IMG/VR virus record: IMGVR_UViG_3300037466_003065
Span: 64,001 to 128,000 of that record
Length of the DNA: 64,000 nucleotides
Direction: 5' to 3' (one strand)
Source of the DNA: a virus
Positions within the stretch are counted from its first letter, which is position 1; each line of letters opens with the position of its first letter. The notes under the pieces are model-generated. The model was given only the letters and a program-made list of their open reading frames with translations, did no database searches and had not been told where the DNA came from. Positions 45,542 to 54,049 of the stretch are shown here, piece after piece. The position numbers were made by a program, and so were the translations under genes.

Positions 45542-45728
45542 CTCGTTTCACCTCGATCGTGTCGCCAGCCTCCAGGCAGGCCGTGTCCTCCAGCAATTCT
45601 ACCTCCAGCGTGTCGTCGTAGGGTTGGGAGTCGCTCACCAACCTCGCCTTCGCACTGGTGATGTTGCCGGAGGACACGGTGCCCTCGAGGCCCGCAGACC
45701 ACGTGTCCATGGGGCCGCGTCCGATCAT
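45516..45728 (-). CDS. small hypothetical protein
   Basis: 70 aa; overlaps the upstream stop. Confidence 0.5.
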   Translation of the reverse strand: MIGRGPMDTWSAGLEGTVSSGNITSAKARLVSDSQPYDDTLEVELLEDTACLEAGDTIEVKRDEFEPDSF

Positions 45729-47113
45729 GCCGGGTTACCTCCGAGGGATTTGACGACCACCCCGAGGGCGCCGATCGCATTGTTGATCACGGCATCCTTG
45801 GCGGTCACCAACTGCTGGTAGCCGGCGATTGTCTTGGCCTGCTCGGTGAGCTGGGTCGCCAAGCCGTCGATCTGTTGCCGGGCTTTCGTGATCGCTGCGG
45901 TCGCCTCGTCGATCGCACCTTTCTGGCTGGCAATCGTGGCCTGAGACGCCGTGAGCTGGGCGGTCAGGTCGGCGATCTTCTGCAGGTTCGGATCGACGGG
46001 GGCCGGCGCCGCCTCGACGTACGGGTGCGACCCGGCGTACGTGATCGCCGGCGCCGTCGCTCCGCTCAGGTCGAGGCTGACGACCAGCGTCTCGTCGCCG
46101 AGCGTCCACGTGTGCACCTCGGTGGTCGGGAAGACCATCGTCCCCTTGTTCGTGTCGTTCTGGAATTTGGGGGTCTGCACCATCGTGTGCGACCCGGTGG
46201 CGATCAGTTTCTGGTGCCAGAGGATGAAGGCGTTGTCCTTCTTCATCTGGGCCTCGTTCTCCGGCGACACGTTCTCATACTTGAACGTGCGGTCGTTGCC
46301 GCCACCGATCCGCTGCGGGAAGTAGATGATCTGCCGCCCGCCGTGGCCGAGCACCATCCACACGAGCGTGCTCTGCTCGTTCGGGGTGGGCCCACGGTAG
46401 GGGCCGCCGTTCTCGACGCCGTCGAGCACCTGGTCGGAGCACTCGACGTAGGCGCCGACCGCGTTGGCCTTGTCCCACGCGTTGAGGCGGTCGAAGGCCA
46501 CCATCAAGTAGTACAGGGGCCACGCGGTGCCGCGGGCGTTGCGGGCGTACAGGTCGGCCGTCGACACGTCGGACGCGTCGAGGTACGCCTGGTGCTGGGC
46601 GCCGTTGCCGTAGTACGCGTTGATCAGGTTCTGGCCGTTCAGGTTGATGCTGATCGGCACGTTGGGGGCGAGGGCCTTCCACCGCTGGTAGCGATCCGCC
46701 GCGACGCTGGCGAGCGTCCAGCCGACCATGCTCGGGTGCGGGGCGGCCACGGCGCCTGGCACGCTGGGGGCGACGGCCGCCGGGAAGTAGATCTGCTTGG
46801 CCAAGTCGGCGTCGGACACCTTGCCCCGCTGGCCGTCGAGGCGGTTCAGGTCGGGCTCGTCGGGCTGCCCGACCGAGATCAGGTAGGGGTCGGTCGCGAG
46901 ATCGGCGGGCCAACCTTGGGCGTCCAGTGCGTCGCCCTGAATCACGTAGAAGAGGCCGGCGGCCTGGGCGGCGGCACGCCACGCCGCAACCGTCACCGAC
47001 TTCTGGGGGCCGCTGTCGTACCGGTGCAATGCGTTGCAGCCCATCGACTTGATCCAGTCGAACGTGCCGGGATGCTGGGCGTCCATCCCGATGAGGATCA
47101 GAGGCTTGTCCAT
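45725..47113 (-). CDS. glycoside-hydrolase-like TIM-barrel protein with C-terminal coiled coil
   Basis: GCNALHRY, GQPDEPD, ADLY, WMVLGHGGRQIIYF pattern; heptad tail. Confidence 0.5.
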   Translation of the reverse strand: MDKPLILIGMDAQHPGTFDWIKSMGCNALHRYDSGPQKSVTVAAWRAAAQAAGLFYVIQGDALDAQGWPADLATDPYLISVGQPDEPDLNRLDGQRGKVSDADLAKQIYFPAAVAPSVPGAVAAPHPSMVGWTLASVAADRYQRWKALAPNVPISINLNGQNLINAYYGNGAQHQAYLDASDVSTADLYARNARGTAWPLYYLMVAFDRLNAWDKANAVGAYVECSDQVLDGVENGGPYRGPTPNEQSTLVWMVLGHGGRQIIYFPQRIGGGNDRTFKYENVSPENEAQMKKDNAFILWHQKLIATGSHTMVQTPKFQNDTNKGTMVFPTTEVHTWTLGDETLVVSLDLSGATAPAITYAGSHPYVEAAPAPVDPNLQKIADLTAQLTASQATIASQKGAIDEATAAITKARQQIDGLATQLTEQAKTIAGYQQLVTAKDAVINNAIGALGVVVKSLGGNPA

Positions 47114-47181
47114 TCGATGCTCTCCTTGAAAGGGTGTAATTGTACCTATCGGCCTTCAGGCGGCGGGGTCTTTCGTGATGG

Positions 47182-47403
47182 TCATGATACCTCTTGAAGT
47201 TCTGATCGTTGGAACCACCACCCGCCGTACAAATGGTCGTCCCTGGGGAAGCAGTCGACGGTGACGAAGTACAAAACAAGGGGAGGTGCCCCGGCGAGGG
47301 GCACCTCCCTGACTTGCTCGATCGTCCCCGTCTCGTCCTGGTAGCACCCGGCGGTGTAGCTGGCGCCATCGTGGACGATGCGGACGCGATCGTTGGGCTT
47401 CAC
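47182..47403 (-). CDS. small SH3/KOW-like hypothetical protein
   Basis: KPNDRVRIV...GTIEQV...WFQRSEL. Confidence 0.55.
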   Translation of the reverse strand: MKPNDRVRIVHDGASYTAGCYQDETGTIEQVREVPLAGAPPLVLYFVTVDCFPRDDHLYGGWWFQRSELQEVS

Positions 47404-47735
47404 GGCTTGATCTCGATCTTCTCGCCGTTCCGCATCCGCTCCATGTCCTCCGTCGAGATCTGGATGAGGCCATGGTCGTCCATCCACCGCTCGGCGCGGT
47501 CGCGGCTGCCGAAGCGGATGTGCGAGTTGTCCTTGTCCCGCGTGTCGAAGAACTCGACCTTGAAGATCAGGCCCCGGGCGAACGCCTCGGCGTCCTGATC
47601 CTTGTCCGTCGCGTCCAGCTCGAGCATGACGCACGGGTAATACTTCTTGTGCGACGCGGGGTCGGTGTAAACCTCCGGGTTGTTGTACGGGTACGGGGGC
47701 GGCGTGTTGTCCTTCGGGTTCTTACTGCCTGCCAT
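47400..47735 (-). CDS. hypothetical protein
   Basis: CAGGAGG RBS, 111 aa. Confidence 0.7.
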   Translation of the reverse strand: MAGSKNPKDNTPPPYPYNNPEVYTDPASHKKYYPCVMLELDATDKDQDAEAFARGLIFKVEFFDTRDKDNSHIRFGSRDRAERWMDDHGLIQISTEDMERMRNGEKIEIKP

Positions 47736-48102
47736 GTTGCCTCCTGCTGAAGAGTTTGAGGTTGCCGAACGTATTGCGGGCGTTGGAAGCCAGGTGGGTC
47801 ATCTGCATCGCGGCCCCACTGCCCGTGCCCAGTTGGCCGGCGGCGGACTCGATCGCGGCTACTACGCCTTCCGCGTTCAAGGATCCGTCCGCCCTGAGCA
47901 AGTCGCCTTCTCGACAGGTCTCCTGGTAACGTTCGTGGACGGTGAGCTGCTTGGACAGGCCGTCGACCGTCGCCGCGACGATCGAATCCATTTGCCGCTC
48001 ACTATAATGCTCGCTGATTAACGATTCCAGCACTTCTTTTAGCACCGGGGTTAGGGCCTCGGTGATGGTTCCGATTAGTCTTTGATCTCGGCTGGGTTCC
48101 AT
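47722..48102 (-). CDS. hypothetical protein with atypical (A/T-richer) composition
   Basis: AAGGAG RBS; codon usage differs from neighbours. Confidence 0.6.
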   Translation of the reverse strand: MEPSRDQRLIGTITEALTPVLKEVLESLISEHYSERQMDSIVAATVDGLSKQLTVHERYQETCREGDLLRADGSLNAEGVVAAIESAAGQLGTGSGAAMQMTHLASNARNTFGNLKLFSRRQHGRQ

Positions 48103-48202
48103 ACTCCTTTCTTCGGCGAGTCTTGCCAGTGATGTCACCGACAAAAGACTGGCCCCCGGAGTCCCGAGGGCCAGTCCTTGTCGATAAGTTGTTCCGGTTA
48201 CA

Positions 48203-48580
48203 TTACGCACCCATGCGACGCTCGGCGGCGTACTCGAGCTGGGTGAGGTGCTCCTGTCTCAGGTGCTCGCACCACTTCTCGTAGTGCTCCCGCTGCTCCG
48301 GGGTCATGGCGGCCTCCACGATCTCCAGCTCGACCCGCTGGCCGTCGCAGGTACGGCAGGGCACGTCGTAGTTGCCCCGCAGGAGGTCTTCCTTGAAGTC
48401 AGGATCCTCGTTCAGCTCGTCCGACGTGAAGCCATTGCTGAACGCGGCGGGCCACTGCACGCCAGAGCCGTGACACGTGCCGCAGACCTTGTACTCGGCC
48501 GGCAGCGACGCCGTCACTTCGAGGATCATGTCCTCGTTGTCCGGGTCGCTGGTGACGTAGGTAATTTCCTTCATGGGCAT
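48203..48580 (-). CDS. hypothetical protein with DnaJ-like CxxCxGxG zinc ribbon
   Basis: CGTCHGSG...CRTCDG. Confidence 0.7.
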   Translation of the reverse strand: MPMKEITYVTSDPDNEDMILEVTASLPAEYKVCGTCHGSGVQWPAAFSNGFTSDELNEDPDFKEDLLRGNYDVPCRTCDGQRVELEIVEAAMTPEQREHYEKWCEHLRQEHLTQLEYAAERRMGA

Positions 48581-48866
48581 GGCGACCTCCCAGAACGTTG
48601 GTGTTGATCCAGTCCTCTTCGGCCTGCAGGGCCTCGGCGCGGCTCAGGAAGCCCGTCAGCTTCGGCCCACCGCTCGGGGCCATGTCGGCGTACCACCGGA
48701 CGCCGTCCGGCGTACTGTAGGGCTCCACGTGGCTCGCCCGCTCGACCTTGGCGTCCGGACTGAGGATCTTGGCGGCGAGCGCGTCGTCGTGGAGGAAGGT
48801 CATCTCCCCGCTACGACTGACGGAGATGATTTTGATTCGCTTCGGCGACGGGCTGGTTGTATTCAT
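48399..48866 (-). CDS. conserved hypothetical protein of the DUF1257/DUF2997 neighbourhood type
   Basis: RASHVEP...WYADMAPSGGP.L..F..RAEAL.AE.DW; the 3' tail overlaps the next gene and may be spurious. Confidence 0.6.
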   Translation of the reverse strand: MNTTSPSPKRIKIISVSRSGEMTFLHDDALAAKILSPDAKVERASHVEPYSTPDGVRWYADMAPSGGPKLTGFLSRAEALQAEEDWINTNVLGGRHAHEGNYLRHQRPGQRGHDPRSDGVAAGRVQGLRHVSRLWRAVARRVQQWLHVGRAERGS

Positions 48867-49014
48867 CGGTGAGCTCCTCGGTGATGACGGCGCCGCCCAT
48901 GGCGACGGTAAGGGGTTCGGTCAGCGCGGTGCAGCTCGGGCCGGCGACGCCCTCGACCTCGGTCAGGACGGGCTGGGTGCGGTCGCGGGCAACACTAACA
49001 CGGATCTCTGCCAT
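48811..49014 (-). CDS. DUF2997-like protein
   Basis: EVEGVAGPSCTALTEPL..AMG...ELTDEY. Confidence 0.75.
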   Translation of the reverse strand: MAEIRVSVARDRTQPVLTEVEGVAGPSCTALTEPLTVAMGGAVITEELTDEYNQPVAEANQNHLRQS

Positions 49015-49052
49015 CGGAATCTCCTGTTGGGGGTGTTGGTTGTGGGGAATGG

Positions 49053-49427
49053 TTACTGGACGGCGACTACCTGCATCACGCCGTTTTCGGCGGCGCGACG
49101 CTCGACCCGCCAGCCCTGCGGGCCGTACAGTTCCGTCATGGCCGCCTCGGCGAGCTGGAGGCGGTACTCCTGGACGAACGCGTCGAGCTCGTCCTCGGCA
49201 CCCCACTTCCCCTCGTAGTTGTCGTACTGGACGTTGCCGGTCGCGAAGTTGATCGCGACCGGGTAGCTCCAGTCCTTGAGGTAGAGGGCGGCGTCGGCAC
49301 TGACGGTTTCGCTGTACAGCTCGACCTTCTGCGGCTTGATGTCGATCCGCACGCCGCGGGCCTTGGCCGTGCTTTCGAGCAGCGTGACGTTGTTCATGCC
49401 GGGTGTCTGCGTGACCTTGTGGGACAT
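49053..49427 (-). CDS. DUF1257 (Ycf35)-like protein
   Basis: MSH...LL.....G...YPVA...G.VQYDNYEGKWG...QEY. Confidence 0.75.
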   Translation of the reverse strand: MSHKVTQTPGMNNVTLLESTAKARGVRIDIKPQKVELYSETVSADAALYLKDWSYPVAINFATGNVQYDNYEGKWGAEDELDAFVQEYRLQLAEAAMTELYGPQGWRVERRAAENGVMQVVAVQ

Positions 49428-49455
49428 TGACTGCCTCCTTGAAGGCTATGGGGTG

Positions 49456-49893
49456 TTACTGGGCGGTCGCCTTGCGCGACGACCGCAACGTGTACCGGCC
49501 GTTCCGCTTGTGCTTCGGGTCGGCACGGCGGAACAGGTCGGAGTGCTCCTTGATCGCCTGCCCTACCACCTTGCCGAACGCGTTCGACTTCGTGGGGTAG
49601 CCGGCGTTGATCGCGGCGTTGGCCATCTCGTCGATCGTCATCGGCCGCTTGGCCGTTTGCTGGATCCGGACGAGCAGGTTGTGCAGCCGTTCGCCGTCCG
49701 CAGCCCTGACCAGGGTGACCTGTTCGGGGAGCGGGTCGCCGAGCGGCGATTTGGTGATCGCCGCGATCTGGTTATCAATGACGTGCATTTCCTGGGTGAG
49801 TGCCTCCCTCCTCTCGGCGAGCGCGGTGACCTGGTTGACCTTGTCGGCCGCGATCTTCACGAGGGCCATTGGGTTCTCTACGACAGCTTCCAT
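49456..49893 (-). CDS. hypothetical coiled-coil + winged-helix protein
   Basis: 145 aa, GGAG RBS. Confidence 0.65.
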   Translation of the reverse strand: MEAVVENPMALVKIAADKVNQVTALAERREALTQEMHVIDNQIAAITKSPLGDPLPEQVTLVRAADGERLHNLLVRIQQTAKRPMTIDEMANAAINAGYPTKSNAFGKVVGQAIKEHSDLFRRADPKHKRNGRYTLRSSRKATAQ

Positions 49894-49959
49894 TGTGATT
49901 CTCCGAATCCGGCCCGCGAATGTGGTAGCCGCCCCGGGCCGTTGGGTAGGCCGGAGGGC

Positions 49960-49992
49960 AGTATACCAGATCCGGGGCCCGCGACTACGCCT
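49960..49992 (-). promoter_or_regulatory. putative promoter
   Basis: Minus strand AGGCGTAG-N10-CGGATC-TGGTATACT (extended -10). Confidence 0.55.
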
Positions 49993-50353
49993 GTGTGGCC
50001 GATGGCTTCTTCGTGTAGAGCTGCTCGAACATCTCGTCGCCCCCGCCGTGCTGGTGGTGCCAGCATGACCAGCGGAACTGCCGACGCTCGTTCAGGTCGA
50101 CGAACTTGTCCATGGCGTCGTAGAAGGCGCCGACGTTGCCCCTCTTGGCGGCCTTGATGTCGGTGTAAATCTTCTTCTCACTGGCGTTGCACAGAGACGG
50201 GTCGCCCAGCTCGGACTCCATGAACTCGATGCCGTCCGCGACCAACTCCTCCATGGTGGCGTGCGTCGTGATGCGGATGCCGCTGTGGTAGGCGACCTTG
50301 TCGTCGGTGACAATGACGAGGACGAAGTCTCGCTGCCTATTCTGCTCGCTCAT
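49985..50353 (-). CDS. hypothetical protein
   Basis: CAGGAG RBS, 122 aa. Confidence 0.7.
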   Translation of the reverse strand: MSEQNRQRDFVLVIVTDDKVAYHSGIRITTHATMEELVADGIEFMESELGDPSLCNASEKKIYTDIKAAKRGNVGAFYDAMDKFVDLNERRQFRWSCWHHQHGGGDEMFEQLYTKKPSATQA

Positions 50354-50373
50354 GCTGGCTCCTGAAAAGTGAT

Positions 50374-50402
50374 GGGCCCGGCTGGGGTTGCCAGCCGGGC
50401 CC
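50374..50402 (-). terminator. terminator-like hairpin before an RBS
   Basis: 12-bp stem GGGCCCGGCTGG/CCAGCCGGGCCC then ATCACTTTTCAGGAG. Confidence 0.7.
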
Positions 50403-50426
50403 GGGTCGAAAGAGTAGATGTGGGGG

Positions 50427-50993
50427 TTAGGCGCCGGCCGGGGCGAGCTCCTCCTTGGTCATGGGTTCCCCGGCGGTCGCCGGCGCGTCCGGCTTGCGGC
50501 CAAGAAACTCGTTGAGGATGGCCCGCAGGTCGGCCTCCTCGGGCTCCTTGCCCTCCATGAACTTGATGCCGAGCGTCGCGACCTCCTTGACCTCGGAGAT
50601 CTGGGAGATGGCCCGGCCGGTCATGAAGACCTCGCACGCCGCCTTGTTGACCGTGATCGCGGAGAGGAAGTCCTTCTCGCTGATCGCGCCCTTCTTCATC
50701 AGGGCGTACAGCTTGCCCGGGTCGGGCACCTCCTTCCGCTGCTTGCCGAGGGTGGCCTCGCAGATCTCGCCGACCACCTTGCCGGCGCCCTTCTCGAACA
50801 TCGTGTCCTTGACCTCGGATTTCATTTCGTCGCCGAAGTACGCGACCATCTGGGCGGCGACCTTGATCAGGTCGATGCGGCGGTCGGAGATCTGCTTCTC
50901 CATGTCGACCGCGTCCAGGATCGAGACGTCCTTCTTGGCCGCCTTCGCCTTGGGGGTGCTCGCCTTGCCGTTGTTGCTGGTGTTCTTAGCCAC
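50427..50993 (-). CDS. hypothetical protein
   Basis: AAGGAG RBS, 188 aa, strong codon bias. Confidence 0.75.
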   Translation of the reverse strand: MAKNTSNNGKASTPKAKAAKKDVSILDAVDMEKQISDRRIDLIKVAAQMVAYFGDEMKSEVKDTMFEKGAGKVVGEICEATLGKQRKEVPDPGKLYALMKKGAISEKDFLSAITVNKAACEVFMTGRAISQISEVKEVATLGIKFMEGKEPEEADLRAILNEFLGRKPDAPATAGEPMTKEELAPAGA

Positions 50994-51014
50994 TGTGTGA
51001 TGCTCCTTCTGAAG

Positions 51015-51497
51015 TTAGTCCCGGCGGATCACCCGGCGCACGCGGCCGGATTGATCTGCCTCTTCCGCCGGCTGTCGTCCCCGCCGCCGGCCCGCGGGTG
51101 CCACAGACGCCTGTGGCGTAGGGTGCCTTGCGGTTACGCTCGGCTGTGCCGCAGCGTAACCTACAAGGTTTGAGAGGTCAAGGATTTTGTCGAGGATGTG
51201 GGCCAGCGTTAGTCCGCCGGTATACCCCGCCTCCTCGACGTCCTCGTACCCCTCACGGATCTTCTTGTGAAGCTGCTTGGTGACCTCCAGGAGGGCGTCG
51301 GCCTCCGTGACGTGCGGCACGTGCTTCTTCTCGTTCAGCACCTTCATGCCGGTCGGGCCCCATGCGAACACGGGGTAGTAGAGGTCGCCGATCTTCTCGA
51401 CGCGTCCCACGTACACCTTGTTGGCTCCGTGGTAGTTGTGGAGGGCGGTAACCAACCAGTTACGGCGATCCCTCCAGTTCATGGTGTGATTGGGCAT
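51015..51497 (-). CDS. WGR-domain-like protein
   Basis: VFAWGPTG...A.....K...KKIREGY pattern. Confidence 0.65.
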   Translation of the reverse strand: MPNHTMNWRDRRNWLVTALHNYHGANKVYVGRVEKIGDLYYPVFAWGPTGMKVLNEKKHVPHVTEADALLEVTKQLHKKIREGYEDVEEAGYTGGLTLAHILDKILDLSNLVGYAAAQPSVTARHPTPQASVAPAGRRRGRQPAEEADQSGRVRRVIRRD

Positions 51498-51540
51498 TGG
51501 GCTCCTCGGTATTCAGTTGTAAAGATCGTCGCGACGGGCG

Positions 51541-52566
51541 TCAGTCCATGATGATTCGGCGCCGCACCCGGCCGCTGGACGCATCCTCCTGAAGTTGCCT
51601 GACCGCCTCACCCAGTGGGGCGAACGCCGCCTTCACTGCCTGCTGGATGGACGAGTTCTTGTTCAAGTCGCTGATGCTCACGCCGGCCACCGCGGAGCGG
51701 GCCTCGGCGACGCGCCGCAACACCTCCTCGTCGGCGAACTGGGCGAAGTTCTGCACGCGGTCGAGGACGTTCAGCAGGTTCGTGATCGCCTCGGGCCGCC
51801 GCGTGCCCGACTCCAGCGAGCCCAGGTTGATCTGCTCGCAGACGTCGGCGACCTCGCCGAAGACGTTCGACATGACTGCGTCGAGCTGCTCGCGGGCCTT
51901 GTCCTCACACATCTTCTTGATCGACCGGCGAACCTCCTCGGCGTCGGTGGGCGAGAGCTGGGAGACGTCGACCTCGGCGTCGCTCATCGGGGCAAGCCGC
52001 CGGAGCGTCCACCGCACCGCGAACTTGTCGACGAACGTGTCGGGCGACGGGAGCAGGGGCCTGATCTGGAAGAAGTGTTCGGGGTTCTCCGTCTGGAGCT
52101 GCGGGATCGCCTCGGACTCCCACTTGTCGGCCAGCTCCTGGGCGAGACGGTCGCGTTCCTGCTTCTTGGCCTCGAGCTGCTGGAGCAACTCACCCATCTT
52201 GTACATCGAGACCATGTAGCTGCCGGCGACCTTGTCGTCTCCGCTCTTGTCGTTGACCGCGTAGAACTTCATCAGTTCGCCGATCTCGCGGGCGTTCGCG
52301 TCGAGCCTGCCCCAGAGGTGGTGGGTGTCGTAGATCCAGGACGGCCGCGTCATCCGCTTGGCGCCGACCTCGGTCGTGCCGCCGTACTGGGCCTGGGCCT
52401 CGACCTTCACCTTGTCCTTGTCGCTCTTCGCCCGGCCGCTGGGCCGCTTGATCGTCAGCTCGAGCAGGACGAGGTTGGCCTTGAGGGTGGGCCGCTCCAT
52501 CTCGGCGATGACTTGGTCACTGACTTGGGGACTGCGGCTACGACGGGGGTTCGTTGCAGTTGCCAT
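51541..52566 (-). CDS. DUF3150-like helical protein
   Basis: 341 aa; overall pattern resembles DUF3150 proteins found near AAA+ genes (tentative). Confidence 0.45.
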   Translation of the reverse strand: MATATNPRRSRSPQVSDQVIAEMERPTLKANLVLLELTIKRPSGRAKSDKDKVKVEAQAQYGGTTEVGAKRMTRPSWIYDTHHLWGRLDANAREIGELMKFYAVNDKSGDDKVAGSYMVSMYKMGELLQQLEAKKQERDRLAQELADKWESEAIPQLQTENPEHFFQIRPLLPSPDTFVDKFAVRWTLRRLAPMSDAEVDVSQLSPTDAEEVRRSIKKMCEDKAREQLDAVMSNVFGEVADVCEQINLGSLESGTRRPEAITNLLNVLDRVQNFAQFADEEVLRRVAEARSAVAGVSISDLNKNSSIQQAVKAAFAPLGEAVRQLQEDASSGRVRRRIIMD

Positions 52567-52622
52567 TGCGATGCTCCTTGAAGAGTTTATTTTTGGACGA
52601 ACGAAAGATATGTTAGTGGGTA

Positions 52623-53081
52623 CTAGACGTTCAGGTGGGCGTACGCCTCCCGGACGGATTGGGCGAAGGTGCGACAGGTGACCTTGTAGCCCTCGTCGTC
52701 CTTGGGGTCGTCGACGGTGCACGCCGACCCGTTCTTGGTGATGCGGTATCCCTGCCCGTGCAGCCACTTCAGGCGGGACGCGAGGTGGCACCCGTCGAGG
52801 TCACCGCACTGCGAGCACGGCGCGTTGTTCATCGAGTGCCCCTCGTCCATGCCCATGCGCCGCAACTGCTGGTACTGCAGCGTGGACTCGTCGGGGGCCT
52901 TGGGCTTCCGCGCCCGGATCAGCCACCTCGCCACGAGGGTGCCGATCTCGTAGTCGATGTTGTCGATCGGCCGGAGCGTGATGTCTCGCTTCGCCGCCAG
53001 TTTCTCGATCGCGTCGGTCGCCTCGTCGACCACGCACTTCTCGTCGTGAGTGAGCTGGTCGTAGATGTCACTTGCGGGCAT
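52623..53081 (-). CDS. hypothetical protein
   Basis: AAGGAGG RBS; CSQCGDLDGCH. Confidence 0.7.
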   Translation of the reverse strand: MPASDIYDQLTHDEKCVVDEATDAIEKLAAKRDITLRPIDNIDYEIGTLVARWLIRARKPKAPDESTLQYQQLRRMGMDEGHSMNNAPCSQCGDLDGCHLASRLKWLHGQGYRITKNGSACTVDDPKDDEGYKVTCRTFAQSVREAYAHLNV

Positions 53082-53101
53082 TAAGCCTCCTTGTTGAAGG
53101 G

Positions 53102-53452
53102 TTAGCGGAGATTGGCGTCGTCGTTGCGTTGCTCCTGTTCACAGCCCGGACACAGCTCGCCGAACTGGTTGGGCTTCTCGCATTCGGGGCAGGCGTTCAC
53201 GCTGTCGTCGACGTCGGGCTCCTCCGGCGGGCCGTAATCTTCGTCAACGTGTTCGCAGGTGGTCAGGTCGCCGTTGAAGTCGACGCGGTCGCGGGGGCGG
53301 TGCTTCTTGTAGATGATGACGCGGTTTGGTTGCTCGTCGACCTCGTCAAGGTCGAACTCCTCGGCCATGGACGAAGTGTCATCGGCCGTGAGCGGCTTAT
53401 CGAGGTCGCTAACCTTCGACAGCTTCTCGATGGCCTGTCGGACTGTGATCAT
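53102..53452 (-). CDS. hypothetical acidic zinc-ribbon protein
   Basis: CPEC...CPGC. Confidence 0.7.
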   Translation of the reverse strand: MITVRQAIEKLSKVSDLDKPLTADDTSSMAEEFDLDEVDEQPNRVIIYKKHRPRDRVDFNGDLTTCEHVDEDYGPPEEPDVDDSVNACPECEKPNQFGELCPGCEQEQRNDDANLR

Positions 53453-53658
53453 GATGCCTCCTGGGGCCAGTCGGTAAGGGTTTCAGACAGCTCGCGACGC
53501 ACGTCGTCGAGCCGGGAAGGTGGAACGCGCCGCAGCAGCGTCTCGACGGCCTGCTGAAGGTCGCCCACCTCGTGATCCGGTTCGTCGTTCTCGCCGTGCC
53601 GCCGGGCCGCATCGATGATCGTGTCGTACAGCTCCTGATGCGATTTGGGCAGACTCAT
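53449..53658 (-). CDS. small hypothetical protein
   Basis: CAGGAGGCATC RBS, 69 aa. Confidence 0.7.
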   Translation of the reverse strand: MSLPKSHQELYDTIIDAARRHGENDEPDHEVGDLQQAVETLLRRVPPSRLDDVRRELSETLTDWPQEAS

Positions 53659-53683
53659 GATGCCTCCTGTTGGGAGTGAAGGG

Positions 53684-54049
53684 TTAAGTGTGACGTGGTG
53701 GAGGGGCAGGGATAGTCGTCCTCAGCCATGCCTCCATCTCTTCGAAGTCTTGGCGTCGAATCTCGGGAACCGCATGGTGCTCGAGCTGACAGATTTGATC
53801 TACCTCCTCCTGGTTGAGGTCGAACCACTCACCGATGACGCGACGATGTTGGAACTCCTGATGAATCAGCACTTCCAGGAGTGTGTAGTCCCAACTGAAC
53901 CAGAATCCGATGAGTTCGTGCCGGATACCTGTACCCCGGTCGTAGTCACGCATGCGATTGGCGATCCTGAAGGCGCGTCCGACCTTGTACCAACCGGTCA
54001 CTGGTGAACGAATGAGGTAGACGAAGCCTCCGCACGGCGTCAGCCGCAT
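53684..54049 (-). CDS. GIY-YIG / T5orf172-like nuclease
   Basis: FVYLIR...YKVGRA...R...LEVLIHQEF...GEWF. Confidence 0.8.
   Translation of the reverse strand: MRLTPCGGFVYLIRSPVTGWYKVGRAFRIANRMRDYDRGTGIRHELIGFWFSWDYTLLEVLIHQEFQHRRVIGEWFDLNQEEVDQICQLEHHAVPEIRRQDFEEMEAWLRTTIPAPPPRHT

Noticed and set aside
48399-48580. Long overlap of the RASHVEP gene with the next gene as a recoding signal
   Set aside because: No slippery site or structure; most simply a stop-codon drift. Similar drifts occur at 31647-31717 and 59464-59546.
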